Source: Bugula neritina
Lineage: Eukaryota; Animalia; Bryozoa
Assembly (NCBI GenBank): GCA_964035545.1
Contig: OZ037770.1
Location: 8,872,973 to 8,936,972 of the forward strand
Direction: 5' to 3'
Length of the DNA: 64,000 bases
The notes under the pieces were generated by a model. The model was not told where the DNA came from. It made no database searches and was given only the letters and a program-made list of their open reading frames with translations. Below are positions 27,888 through 42,580 of the stretch, in pieces; the stretch's first letter is position 1, and every line of letters begins with the position of its first letter. Position numbers and translations under genes: made by a program.

Positions 27888-30800
27888 TAGTCTGGCAGAA
27901 AAATGCCAATTTTTGACTTAGGTTCGCAACCCCGGATAAAGTTTTTTTCTCTCCTGATTATTCAAATATAGGGTCTAGGTAAATGTTTCTAGGTGGGTGT
28001 GGACTTCTTACCCTTGAGCTTTTCGAGAAATTCAAGATGGCCGCCAGGCACCAAACGATTTTTTTTAATTCAAATGTACCTACCCATTGGGGCTAAATTT
28101 AAGGTTCCAATGCTTTGAAATCTTTAGAAATTAATATAATAAAGATGCATGTGCCTTTAACATATGCATTATTGAGTAATAGGCAAATGATACCCAAGGG
28201 TAACTAAGCTAAGCCTTAATCATTCATTTTTTCAAGTTTAACCTAACCTTGCCGTGTTTATAATTTCCTTTTATCTCTGCATCAGTTTGTTCTAACTTCA
28301 TGAAAGTTTACTATATGGTGTGATTTTATATGCTGATTACAAGTATGTCCACCAAATAAAGCTGAAAGGAGTTCTGCAAACTTAAAATGCAACGTCATTG
28401 CCATATGAGTTGAATAGCAATTTATTTCCAACTGGCATGCCTATCGAAAAGGTTTGTTAAGCTGCCAACTTAATAGTTATTTTCAGTTTTAAAACTTTAG
28501 CTATGTTTTTTAAAGTTATAAAAAGGGGTCAAAAATTTTAATAACACAGCACCAAGGCTTCTTAACATAATTTAATTGCTTTATTATTGACACACCATTT
28601 ATCTAAATATTGACATTTTTGCTTTCGAAAACTATTTCTACAATCAGCCCATTTGACTTTTCCTCTAAAAGCATTTGCAACAGTTTTTTATAAATGAAAA
28701 TGTATTTCATGCTGAGGGAAGTAATACATCTATTAGAACAGTGGTTCCCTACCTTTTTCATACCAATCCCCTTTCATTAACGTTTACTATTAATTTCTCC
28801 CCTTTTAATGACCTATGTTGGGTGCACTGGAACACTAATAGCTGAAAGTGGTTTGGTAGAAGTAGTTAATTCTACTTTTGGTTGTTTCTCCAAAATGCTA
28901 AATAGAAAAAGTTTCTCCAGAATGTACAAGGTCTGAGAATATTGGTGGGAGAACTGTTAAAGCTAGTCTTGATGAAAGTGTAATCACTAGCATGAAGGAG
29001 CTTGAAAAGATGTTGATTAAGATTGCAGAGAGCTCAAGAACAGCAAAACTGTGGGCCATGTGCTTTATTGGACCAATTTTTACCATCAACACCCACATCA
29101 TATCTGTTAGAAAATGAGACTGGGCCTTATACCTAGCAATAGAAGAGGAAATGCACTATCTGCATAGCGTGGAGGTCATGCCACAAGATGTAAGGATTGA
29201 ATTCGCGGCTGGTAACCACGCAATGCATCATAAACGCGGCCAGCTCGACGGCATCTGGTCAGACATGACCATTGAGGTGACCTTCGTGAGATTTGGTCAC
29301 AGCAAGGGGAATTATTGGCATCACCACTAAATTCGAAACTCTCAAGGTGTGGGTGTACAGCACTTCTGCATGCAACAAGATATAGTATGGCCTCAGTGAC
29401 ATCAGGGATGAGTCTGAAATAAATGCTTTCACTACTCATAAGGATGAGATGCAATCAAGAATCTAATCTGATTCAAAGGACAGGGAGTCTGTCAAATGGA
29501 AGATTGAACTCTGCAGTGACCCACTAAAAGAATGATGCCACCCAGTTGCTCTTGTCAATATTGAAGCAGATAAGTGCAACTGAGATGAGGATGCTTAAAA
29601 AAATTTACAATATGAATTGGGAAGACCATGTAACAAATGATAATATAAAGGAGGAGGCCAAAATAGAAGCTATCGCAATAGACATGAGGAGAAGACCTCT
29701 TCAATAGTATGGACATGTGCGCAGAAGAGATACGGAGAAAGATATAATGGTGGCTGAGATGAAGATACAGAGAAAGAGGAACGGAGAGGGGGAGGGGGCA
29801 AAAAAGGTTAACGGATACAGTGAAGGATGGCATACTGAAATGTGGCTTCTCAGATGAAGATGTTGACAATAGAATCAGATGACACTCTCTGATAGCACTT
29901 GGTGCCCTGCAAAACCGCTACTCATCTTGGACAACGGCGTACTGGATGAGAAAGTCTGAGACAAAGCCCTATAATGAACAATTTGCTGCCTTCCCATGGT
30001 CTCTCAAGGGCAACAATGTAGAATATTGGAAAGGGAGTCATACTAAATGTCTTGGTAGAAGGAAAATGTGATTTGGTGACACTAGTGCTTTTTTCAGGAT
30101 TACTATTCATACAAGCTACCAAGTTTATGCTATGTTGCTACAATTATGCAAAGTACTCCTCCATGACATCTACAAGACAAAAGACTTGGGAAACCAAGGT
30201 CAGCAATGCTATTTGCGATGTGCCTTTAACTTATGTACTTTGCCTCCTACAGATGAAGCTATTGGACAATGTCACCAGAGCACACCTCCAGGTAGCCATA
30301 TGAAACTGCGGCATTAAACCCACTAGAACATTGGTAAGTGATAGGGAATCTAATAGAATCTCTTTTTCCAAAAGGATTATGAAATGATGTTGTGCTTACA
30401 CCAGACAGTATTATGAAGTAGATCATGTTAGTTAATTTGGTGTACACTCGACGGCTCTAGCTTTTGGCGATTTTTTACAGTTTATATTTTTGCCTCAAAC
30501 CATCAAAATTTTAACAAATAAAACTGAATAATTAAGGTTTTCCAATTATGCATGATTTTCTATGTCTATTCCTAATTTATTATTACATTGAGGTATTATA
30601 TAGGCCGTGATGAGTCACAAATGTATATTTAGCTCGTATGACAATGACGCAGGACCTCTTCCCAGTCATTTTGTTATGCATAGATAGAATCAGCGAATTC
30701 TATTACCCCATACAGTAAGTTTCATGAATTTTGAGCAAACTTTAAAATGTTTGATCATAATCTGCTGATGTGTACTAAATAAAGTAAAATGGCCCAAATT

Positions 30801-31513
30801 CATTAAATGCTCCTGTGGAAGCCAACAATCATGTTAAACAACAAGATATGGCTATTCTAGTACATCTATCCCATGCACAGAGTTCTGCCCTTGTGAAGCA
30901 GTAACAAGAGTGTGCTGCAATGAACTAACATTTCTAACAAACACTAATGATAAAAAAAAATGAAAAAGGTGTTTAATATGAACATGAGTGAAAGTTTGTC
31001 GCATTTGTACGATTATATATACGTTCAATTTTAACTTAAGCTGAGCAATATGTTGCATCTGTATCTTTTTTTCACTTTCTATTTCCTGGCAATAAGTAAT
31101 GTTTTTTTTATATATCTGCCCAGTGCCCAAACAGCCATTCAAAAACCTTGTATCATTTCTCTGCACCATATGTGATGTTTTATTGAAGCAATTACGATTT
31201 TTGAGCTGAAAAACATGTCTCTTAGCTCTTTACTTTGATTTCTTTTTTACTGGCATTGCACATATTCATTCTAAAAATGCACATCTATTTTAATCATCAA
31301 AAAAATTTTGTTTTTGCAACATAATATAGACTTTATGCCGACTAGATTACGATTTTTTCATAATTGGCGGCCATCTTGGATTTCTCGAAATGCTCAAGGG
31401 TGGCAGGTCCACACCCACCTGGAAACATCTACCTGGACCCTCAAGATAAATAATCAAAAGAGAAAAAAACTTTATCCGAGATTGCGAACCTAACCCCCAG
31501 TTCTGCCAGACTA
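27888..31513 (+). mobile_element. Degenerate Academ-like DNA transposon, about 3.6 kb
   Basis: Termini TAGTCTGGCAGAA...TTCTGCCAGACTA; imperfect TIRs of about 150 bp (27888-28046 and 31366-31513); 3-bp TSD ATG. Broken transposase-like remnants: SSRTAKLW (about 29030), GIWSDMTIEVTFVRFGH (29250), LPPT...RAHLQVAI (about 30240-30300). Confidence 0.75.
29560..29965 (+). mobile_element. 5'-truncated RTE-clade LINE 3' fragment nested in the Academ-like element (approximate bounds)
   Basis: Degenerate translation ATEMRMLKKI...EDHVTN...RRRPLQ*YGHVRRRD...GRGQKRLTDTVKD resembles the RTE ORF2 C-terminus (RLRWFGHVxRR; GRPxKRWxD). Confidence 0.65.
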
Positions 31514-34477
31514 ATGTTACTTATTAGCCAACACATGACAAGTTATCCCATTGATAATATCTTGAAGCAACTTTTATTTATTATAGCACTAAACTCATGA
31601 GCAAACCGAAGCAATAGTTGATTATTTAAAAACATATTTGTTCTCAAATTAAAACTCAAACTTTTTCAATATTTTATACATGTATAAGTCATTTCATTAT
31701 AATATTGATTCAATGAGTTTGTCATATAATATACTAATGAAAACTGAATGTTTTTGAGTTAGAATTATATTACTTCAAAAAAAAACTATAAATTATATCT
31801 GATTTCAACTTATTTTTGACCATTTGGTTTTAAAGTAGTACACTATAAGTGAATTATTAAAATTTTTGAATTAACTGGTGGGAAAGTGTGAAAATATTTT
31901 TTATGGTGACAGTAGCCGCATAAAGTAGACTTCATCAGTTGTTATCATACAACAAAACATCTACTTGACAGTTTATCATTCAACCAATTATTTCACCCAT
32001 TATTTTAAAGCATAAAATCCTTAAATTTTTACCAGCTTATACAGTGGCAGGCATGCAATGTAGATTCCAATTAAGAAGCTTGCATTATCTTAGGTTAAGA
32101 CACTAAGCTATGTCATATTGAAAAGACAACTCCATTTAACTAACGTTTATCTAACAAACTCAAGCATTTCCATCAAGCACTAAATTTTAGAAAGTTTTAT
32201 TTATTGCTATGTGCCAAGTTAATGGTAATAAATCAATGATTTTTAAATTACAATAAAACTTATTTAAAAAATAATAACCGCCACAAACCTCTGGTAATAT
32301 GCTTATAAGAACTGAATCACATGCATATAGGCACTGCATATGTAGTTACTTATACCAGCTGTTCTTCCTAAACCCATTAGTCGTTATTATAGTCTGGACT
32401 GTTGGGTATATTATATACTACAGTCATGCGTAAAACTTTTAACACGCCCCCAAACTTTTTACCAGTTTACTTCTTTGCTTGCAATTTTTAAAATTCCGCT
32501 GGTCAAAACTATTTGAATATGTATGTCAAATGAAACCCTATTGTCTTGGCTACAATTCTAGACCTTTTTTAATTATATAACATAAACTTAGCAATACAAA
32601 AGTGTTGAAACTGCCTGTGTAATCAAAATTGGCACTGCAGCATAGTTTGTGATATTTTAAACTTTTGCTATATTTGGTGAGCAAAATGAAGAAAATTTCG
32701 TAAAATGAGTTTGTTTTTGTTTGGGAGAAAATGTCTTTGCACATAACATGTCAGTGCTTCAGTATGTTGGTGAGTAGCCATTAGCGTCAATGACTGTTTA
32801 GCAGCAAGCTGACAGATTCTTCACCGGCACAGCCAGTTTAGTGGTTCATCTCACAATATCTTGCAACATGTGTTAATGACAGCTCAAGCTAAATTAACCA
32901 TATCAGTAAGTTCTATTTCAGCAACTCTTCTGTACTTTAGTATCTACAGCAAACAGCTTTCTATTTTATTTATTTATTTGTTTAGTTTATTTTTTTGTCT
33001 GAATTTAACAGGTATCTTGCAAATCTACTGTGTTCTATCCTGTACAATCTTCAGTTATCTGTATACTACATATTCTAATCTATCCTATATGTTGTATGCA
33101 GTTGTCTATCTGGTTGATCTATCTCCTTAAGCAGTGATTATAGCCATAATATGGTTGAATAAATGCAATGCATGTGTCAATGATATGACAACGTTGGATA
33201 TTCTCATCACAATATTATAGTAATCAAATCAATGTAAGACTGCAATATATGAAAAGTATTTCGATAAATAGTTTATAATGAATTTTTATAATATTAGTTA
33301 GTTAGTTACTTTTAGAAATTTTTCTGATAATGAAAGCATAAAAGTTAGTTCATGCATGGGAACACAACAAAACTACAGTTATAAGTTATATATGCATTGG
33401 TCAGCGTTTGATGAAATATCACAAAGTGTAATATCCTATCAACACCTACAGTGCTATTGCGCCATAGGCCCTGTCATTTTGTTTATTTTTTCTCAATTAA
33501 TTTTTTTCTCCAACTACGACAAAATAAAACAAACAAACAAACAAACACCACACCCAATAAAATGTGGAAATTAACAAATTTAAGCAATAAAATCAGGGAA
33601 AACAGATTTGTCCAACTGCTAAGAAGCTTTTGCAAAGCTTGAACACATTGGGCATTTCTGTAAATCAAGCAGTCAATTTTTATTATAACTGACTTTTAAT
33701 TTTGAAAAAGCTCTCAATTTTGGTGGGTTCTACACGTTGAGATCTGCATGGCCTGGCTTACTGAGCAGTTCAAAAAGTACAAATTCGCACATATTGCTTA
33801 ACAGAATTAGCTGTTAATTGAATTTAATAGGTGTTGCAACATGCAAAGTGTTATTTTCAAATCGAAAGCACATAAAAAGTTGTATAACAGTATTAATTTG
33901 TGTACAAAGCACGTCTTAATTAATACAGTTGGTATCAGAGTCAGAGTTTTGAAGAGGGTAGTTCGACATTTATCACAAAGATGGTTCATCATATAAATAG
34001 ACAGCTAATCTATAATAACAAAACAAATGATTTACAAGCTTAGATGTGAAACCTAGCAGAGCTGGGACACTAGTGGCACTGCATAGCTCAGACCAAACAA
34101 TGGCAGATGTGATATTGGAACAAAGAAACAGTAAAGGGACATGTCACTTATGTGGCTGGCAGTGATGAATTGTAAACAGTCAACAGCATAGAATACCCGG
34201 ATCATACTCATTTACCATAGCCTGTGTTAGCATCAAACATATAAGTATATATACGTATAAATAATATAAAAATATCCTTAATATAACTTCATAAATGTAG
34301 AATAATTACACAAAATGCCATATAAGGTGATTGCCAGGGCAGCTTTGCTATTCATTGCCAATTTTGGGCATTTCCTACTAAGTTAAAGCCAATCAGAATA
34401 TTATATTATATTTAGGAATGAATATAAGCTATCAAAATTTCATTTATAGTTACCATCAAACAGCTACATGTAGCTAG

Positions 34478-34555
34478 CAGGGTTGGGGTAATTGTAATTT
34501 GTAATTGTAATTGGTTGTAATTAATTACATTCATATGTAATTGACCCCAACTCTG
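34478..34555. mobile_element. Very short MITE with internal GTAATT repeats
   Basis: CAGGGTTGGGG...CCCCAACTCTG inverted ends, with similar 8-bp flanks GTAGCTAG and CTAGCTAT. Confidence 0.55.
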
Positions 34556-35780
34556 CTAGCTATAGTACAGTATTATAAAAACTAGGTATGCAAAGGAAAG
34601 TTTAGCTACCTCACATACTTAATTTTTTACATGCAGAAAGTTTCATTAGTAAATCTAGTGCATGTGTTTCACCACTTCCAAATTACCTCTCTGCAGAAAT
34701 ACACAGTTAATCTAAAAAATAACGAGGAGGAATGCTACATGACAAGGTTGCAGCTCATAGCTTTTAGACATACCTACAAAGCATCTAATTTTACAGCAAC
34801 CTTCATGTTAATCATGTTTTAACAATTAATTACTGTAAAGCACTTCATAGTTATTAATTAGGTAAGCATGTAACATTCAATGTCACCGAGATTTATTGTC
34901 TGAGCTATTTTAATTAATTAAGATTATTAAGAAGATGGATAATGGTTATGCTATTCCATCAAACAGTTATTGGTTATCATCACTACGTTTGCTAATCCAC
35001 TGTACTACAGTGGTGCATAGTGCCGAAATGATCCAGTGTTACAGTGTTACAGTCACCAAGTGACTCTGTGTCAACACTTTAATACATGTTACTCAATAAT
35101 CTGCCAGTCTCCATTCCTAATATGAATCAACTGCCATGCCCCATGTTGTATATAAATGAAAGTTTGATTCTTAGGAAACTCAGAGCTATCTTGAGTATTC
35201 AGCCAACACAGCAGTTGGAAATTTGAGCTAACATACCGCTTCTATTTTCTACGTAAGTTTACTATTGTATTATTTGTAATAATTGTATTTAATATGGAGC
35301 TTCAAAATCTATTCTGTTGTACTACAGAATAAACCATCTGTGATTAAAAAGATTCCAGAATAGTTTAGGTATGGTAAGATATAAATGGTCCAACAACCTA
35401 CAAGATTTTGAATGAAAATGTTGAGGTTGCTTGAATTAAAGGAGCACAAAATTTCAATTGTTTGAAATAAAGAGTTGATACCTATTGTTTTATTATATCA
35501 AATAACTTCTTGGAATACAATGAGTTTAGATAAAAGATAAATAATAACTAGTGGCTATAATAACCTGCCAGCTTTTTGTCACATGGCATCAATTTTTCTT
35601 TTTCTGAAGAATCATGCATTTATGCAAGTTATATCACTTCATCCTAGTTGCATTGTTCATTAAATGCCATACACCAAGTTGCTTCACATTCGAATAACTA
35701 GATAAAAGTGCATCAATATTTTCTAACCATGCACTGAGCAATATTTGAAACAAAGTTATTTTATCCTGTAGAATCTAGAA

Positions 35781-37139
<1,359 letters not shown>

Positions 37140-38220
37140 ACCACGGCTAGACTATCCATTTACTCTGCGTAAAAAATTAAGCACAGTAGCACTCTCTATT
37201 TGCTGTATTTGTAAAACCTGGCCACAATCTTTACCAACTAGCATACAGTAATTGTAATATTACAGTAGATATTTTATTTACTCTTTGGGTCAACTTTTTA
37301 CTTAAATAATTATTAAAATTTGCTTAATAAAACTATTTATTCTTGGATTATATATAGCTCTACATACATGTTGACATTACTACATATAACATTTTAGCAC
37401 ACATATAATAGTTTATATTTTTCTATAATTTTGTCCTTTTATTGAATAAATGAAAAACATAATAAACAATTAATTTATCATTTCGGTTGAACATAATAAA
37501 ACAAACAACACAGTGTTATATAATAGACATAATATAATTTGTATAATAAACTTCATTATCCAATGCAGTGCTTCAAGTTAGAATGTTTTTAACAAGGGGT
37601 ATAACATGAATATTTTAGTAATATTGTGAGAAATTAATAATAATTTTATGAAGTAATAACTTTGTTTTATTTTTTACAAACATCATCAATTGGTCATAAA
37701 TACCAAAATCATTGACATTATAGAAAAAGATAGTGCCAAACTCAAGTGTGACATTAAGAAAAAACTGATATATAATATGGTGGGTGGACATTAAACAAAA
37801 TGATGGAAGTGTACAATTTACATTAATATTTGCATATTATCTTAAACAAAATGAGACATATAAATAGAAATACAATCACATAATATAGTAATAATGTTAC
37901 ATTGGTTTCTCATTAATATTATAACGATTAAAGTACCTGCTATACATCATTTATATCACACATTATATTGATAAACATTACATTGAATAATATATGTTCA
38001 GACATAGAATTTATAATAAAACAATAATATATTGCACTGCCGTAATAATTTTATCAATGTATTTTACAGTAATTATGTCAGTATGGTACAAAGTGGTTCA
38101 GAAAAGTATACGAAAGTACTTTCTGAATAGACCAAGATTTACCCTGTAGACATCTGGTAGAGACCGGCACTACCGTCATTGTCCAGCAGGAAGCCGCATG
38201 GTATCTGCTGTAAGCCACCG

Positions 38221-40312
38221 CTACTTCCGTCCTTTAAACGGAGTAAACCCACCAAACGCATCTCCTGAGTGGCCGCCAAAACCATGAACCCCAAAGAATG
38301 GACTGCTACCAAACTCATTGAAACCTGATTGCTGATTGGCCTGCGCACTTCCTTCCGATCTTAAGAACTGGTCATTCTTGTGCACCGCATCGACAAATTC
38401 CTGATTGCTGTTCTCTCTGAGCTCAGCTGCACTCAGCACATCCTCATTACCAGCCTGTCAATATAACGACATGAAGTTGACAACAATAGGCAAGTGACTG
38501 CGAAAGACAAATGACTGTGATGGGCAGGTGCTTATAATGCGCATATGACAATAATATGCAAGTGAATGTAATGGAAACTGGGCTTATGAAAGACATGTGA
38601 CCATAACCAGCAAAAAGCATTTATAGCAATAAATTTAAATTATTTTAAGAATTACATAATTCAAGTGGTGATAACTAGGTATATGCATGTAACAATTTCT
38701 TTTGAGAATTATAACTGAAAACATAAGGCTTGCTTGTTATTGTATGTTAAATTTATAGCCAGTACAAGAAGCATCTGCTCTATTCACTACAGGGCTGGTG
38801 TTGGGGGTTTTAAGGACCAGCCATGTTGCTCATATAGGTCGCTGACTCTTAGACACCTACCGCTGCTGACAATCCATCCTCATCAAGAATCTCTGCTTCA
38901 TCTATCACTTCTGCATTAAAGAACTGAGTAGCATCGACTTCCTCTGCGTGTGCCAGTTTGGTGCCGGAGCTAGCTTTCTGTCCGTCATTTTGCTTAATGG
39001 CAGCATCTTCACTGTGGAGGTTCTCACTCACCAGGGACAGACCTGTGTCCAGGAAATATTATTTATATTATTTTGACTACCATATAAATCCCTCTGGTTG
39101 TTAGCTAATTGCTAATAATTAATTGCTTACTGTTTAATGCTCATTGGATCTTGTTTAAAGTATGTTGATAGTGAAAAACTGTCATTAGCTGTTTAGTAAA
39201 AGTATTAATGTATTATTAATTACCAAACCATATGATGATTACTTATTTGTGCACTAGAACTAGTTAAACAAGTTTTCAGCAAAGGTGCTTGATTTTGCCA
39301 ACAAGCAGCTCCAAGTTGGTGCAGTGGCTAAGTGCAGCAGTTTGGGATCTCGAGTTTGGAGTTGGAAGTTCAAAGTTCCAAGTTAAATTTCCAACTCCAA
39401 ACTTGAAACCTCAAACTAGTGCACTAAATCACCTCTAAGTCAGGGCTGCTTATAAAAGATTTCAAGCTACTCAATTCACAAATTTTCAATGACTGCCACT
39501 TGTAAATTTTCAATAACCTGTCATACCTACCAATTTTGTTTTTAACATTTTTATTGGCTTCTGCCTGCAAGTTATTGAATCCAGCGGCGTTGTCAAATTG
39601 TTCAAAGTCTGTTCCCTTTGAAGCTTTCAGTTTGGCAGCTTCTTCCTTTGCTAGTCTCTGATTTTTTCTTTCTTGTCGACGTCGTTTTTTATCTATTCGC
39701 TAAATTTACCAATGATATGCGACTAAGAATTCAACATGCTCTGTTTTTCAATTTAGGTGAAGTAGTAAAAAGATCAAAATAGATCAGACTTTTAAATTTA
39801 CTTTAAAACTTTTCATTTGGGCTCCATGTTGAGCAACGCTAATTTTATTACAATTCTAATTTGCTTAGAACACAGGCTTTTGTTAATTTCTCATTTGCAA
39901 AGCAAATTTTTAGTGCAGAATAAAACTATTTATATAACTATTTCTATGTCAATTGAGTGATTTAGACAAAAATAAGGAAAATTTGGTACTACAAGTAATA
40001 AACAATCTTACTTTCACGACCTACTTAATGTGGATCAAACAATGACACATATTGTAGATATAAATGTGGATACAATCGTATTCTAGTGTAACTTACTGCT
40101 TGCCGACGAGCTTGCTTATCTAGTCTAGCTTGTTGGTTGTTAGAGTTCTTGGCGCCAGTCTTAAGAGAGTTGCCATGCTGATGGGCTGCTTGAAGGCCAC
40201 TTGAAAAGGTATCTCTACCGACAACTTGATTCTGCCGACCTACTTTTTGACCTTGACCTTTTAGTAACACGCATGTGATCAGAATGCCAAAAGTTATTGT
40301 TATCTTCTTCAT
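38221..40312 (-). CDS. Secreted family paralog E, 266 aa; coding exons 40312-40097, 39699-39531, 39042-38861, 38454-38221
   Basis: Hydrophobic N-terminus MKKITITFGILITCVLLKG; 169/182-nt core exons; Gly/Phe tail ending FTPFKGRK*. Non-coding exon ends at 40635, TATAAA at 40725-40720. Confidence 0.88.
39303..39451. repeat. Imperfect hairpin of about 150 bp in a gene E intron
   Basis: AGTGCAGCAGTTTGGGATCTCGAGTTTGGAGTTGGAA pairs with TTCCAACTCCAAACTTGAAACCTCAAACTAGTGCACT; ends are AAGCAGC and GCTGCTT. Confidence 0.75.
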
Positions 40313-42580
40313 TTTCTGAAGAGAAGCCAAATAAAAACAACATAGATGTTCATATTGTCATTTGAATTGACGTTTGTACCCAACAAAACCAATTGCAAAC
40401 TGTAATACATGTAGAAAAATATTCGCCTATAGATGGAGTTAGAAAAATTATAATAATACTAAAAATATGACAACATGCTTATAGGTGTTTTTTTAACTAT
40501 ACTGATATCCTGAACTTCAAACCACATTGCATTTTTTATGAAAGTTCTTCTTTAGCACAAATATAAGTTTTGGTTGACAATATTATTTAAAACAGATCTC
40601 ACCTGGAACTTTAATTAAAATAAAACTAACTTACATTGAATTTGAGACCAGCTCAAGATATGTCGATTACATTGAATCTCATTGATGTTCAATAAATGAA
40701 TTTCTTACTAACACCTTAATTTATACTCAGCATCTCTTCATTAACTTGGTCAATGCAAGATTAGCAGAGAACAAGGGGGTCATTGCGCTTCTGCAATCGG
40801 CCAGTTGTCACTATTAGTATGTATATAGTGTAATCTGTGTTATGTAATATGTCAGAGACTGACCTTTCAAAATTTAACATTGTCAAGCACTCTTTTTCAA
40901 TAACCTATCAGTTTTGATTGCTCGTGCAGGCTTACTAGAATTAATGAATATAGTAAAAATTGAGCTACTGTGCAGCCAATCAAATAACTTCAATTATCAT
41001 GAACGCAATACATTAACTTCAGCAACAACCCAATATTAGTTATATATACACACAATTAAGTTATTTGGTTTTAGGTCTCAGTTTTTACCAAGCGTTTCCT
41101 TTGCATATTTAGAATTTCAGCATATTTATGTAAAATTGCTTTCTAGACTAAATAATCAGTTGCTCTGCAATGGCTTATATGCAATAAAACTTAGAGTGGC
41201 AACAATTAGATTGCTTTTTATTTTCTATTTCAGGACTCTACCACTAGGTTGCAAATTGGCTTAATTTTAGAAATTAGAACATAAAGGTAATTGATCTAAA
41301 GAGCACTCTTTGATTTTTAGGCAGCAATATATAATCTTAAATACAAGAGAAAGTACTACATTCAAAATATTAAGTTTAAATATTGCATGCAATGAGAATG
41401 CTAGCTAGAATAGAATGCTGTCTGAAGAAATTAGATCTGAAAAATAAAAATAGCCTTATTTTTCTCAGTTTGAAAACTCAGTTTGTAAAAACTCAAAAGT
41501 TATTTCTGTCAAATTGACAAACTCTATCAAAGTTTAAATATTATAAACTAGATTTAAATTTTCTTTTAATTTGGTTACAACTAGTACCTGACAATGTATA
41601 AGCAAAATTTTTCCAAGTACATGCATGTAATCATGTCTAAAAATAATCCAATATTGTGTCAATGCAAATTATTTTAAAAATGTTGTCAGTTTTCATTATC
41701 AGGTTGTAATAAGATTACAATAAGGCTGAGGAGTGGTGTATGAGGAAACAGATAAAGATACCACAACTATGGCCCAGTACTGATTAATCATGAGATATGG
41801 TTGCCTCCTACAGCTAGCTCTATTATATGCTAATAGCAACCAACTCATAGGTGATACAGAAATCTCTTCTAATACAAATCAACAGAAAGCTGTGGTACAA
41901 ATGTCTCCGTGTATTTAATCCCGTTAAGAGTTGCTACACTTACAGTGGAAGCATTGGCGATGATATCAAGCATCGTCATGTACGAGCTGTCCCTAACACT
42001 ACCAGCTTGCTGCTGGTTTCTCTTTGCTAGAATTTCTAATCTCTTTAATATATTCAATAAATATATTGAATCATATTTTAATCAGTAGCCTATATATAAG
42101 ATTCCTTGAATGGTGGTGTTAGCAGTCTGAATTTTCTTGCATATCAGGAGGATCTGTTTACCAACAATAGCACTTCATTTAACTAATATTAAAAGGTAAA
42201 ACAATATAGCACTAGGCTTTAGTAATATTATCATAATTTATGTTATCAAGCTTCATTTATAATAATTTACTAGCAGCTGAGAATTTGATTTATTTAATTT
42301 AGTGCATATAGTTTAGTGAAACGGTGTTATTTGAGAGTTAGTTTTGCTTTAAAAGATATTTTTTAAACGGTGAATTAGTTTAATTCTATTGTAATAATTA
42401 GATATTTAAAACATAATAGCACTGCTTAGTGTATAAGTTAATTTTGGAATTGCAACTGGTATGCACACATTAAATATTATGTTATATTACAGGTAGTAAC
42501 TAGACACATAATTTATATCATGTTAGACAAAACTTTAAATATTTTAAGTTGAACACTGAAACTTTTGTCAGATAATCAAA

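Noticed and set aside
38139-38348. Alternative-frame ORF overlapping the end of gene E, suggesting frameshift or readthrough
   Set aside because: The annotated frame ends in the family-typical basic tail, and there is no slippery site or paralog support.
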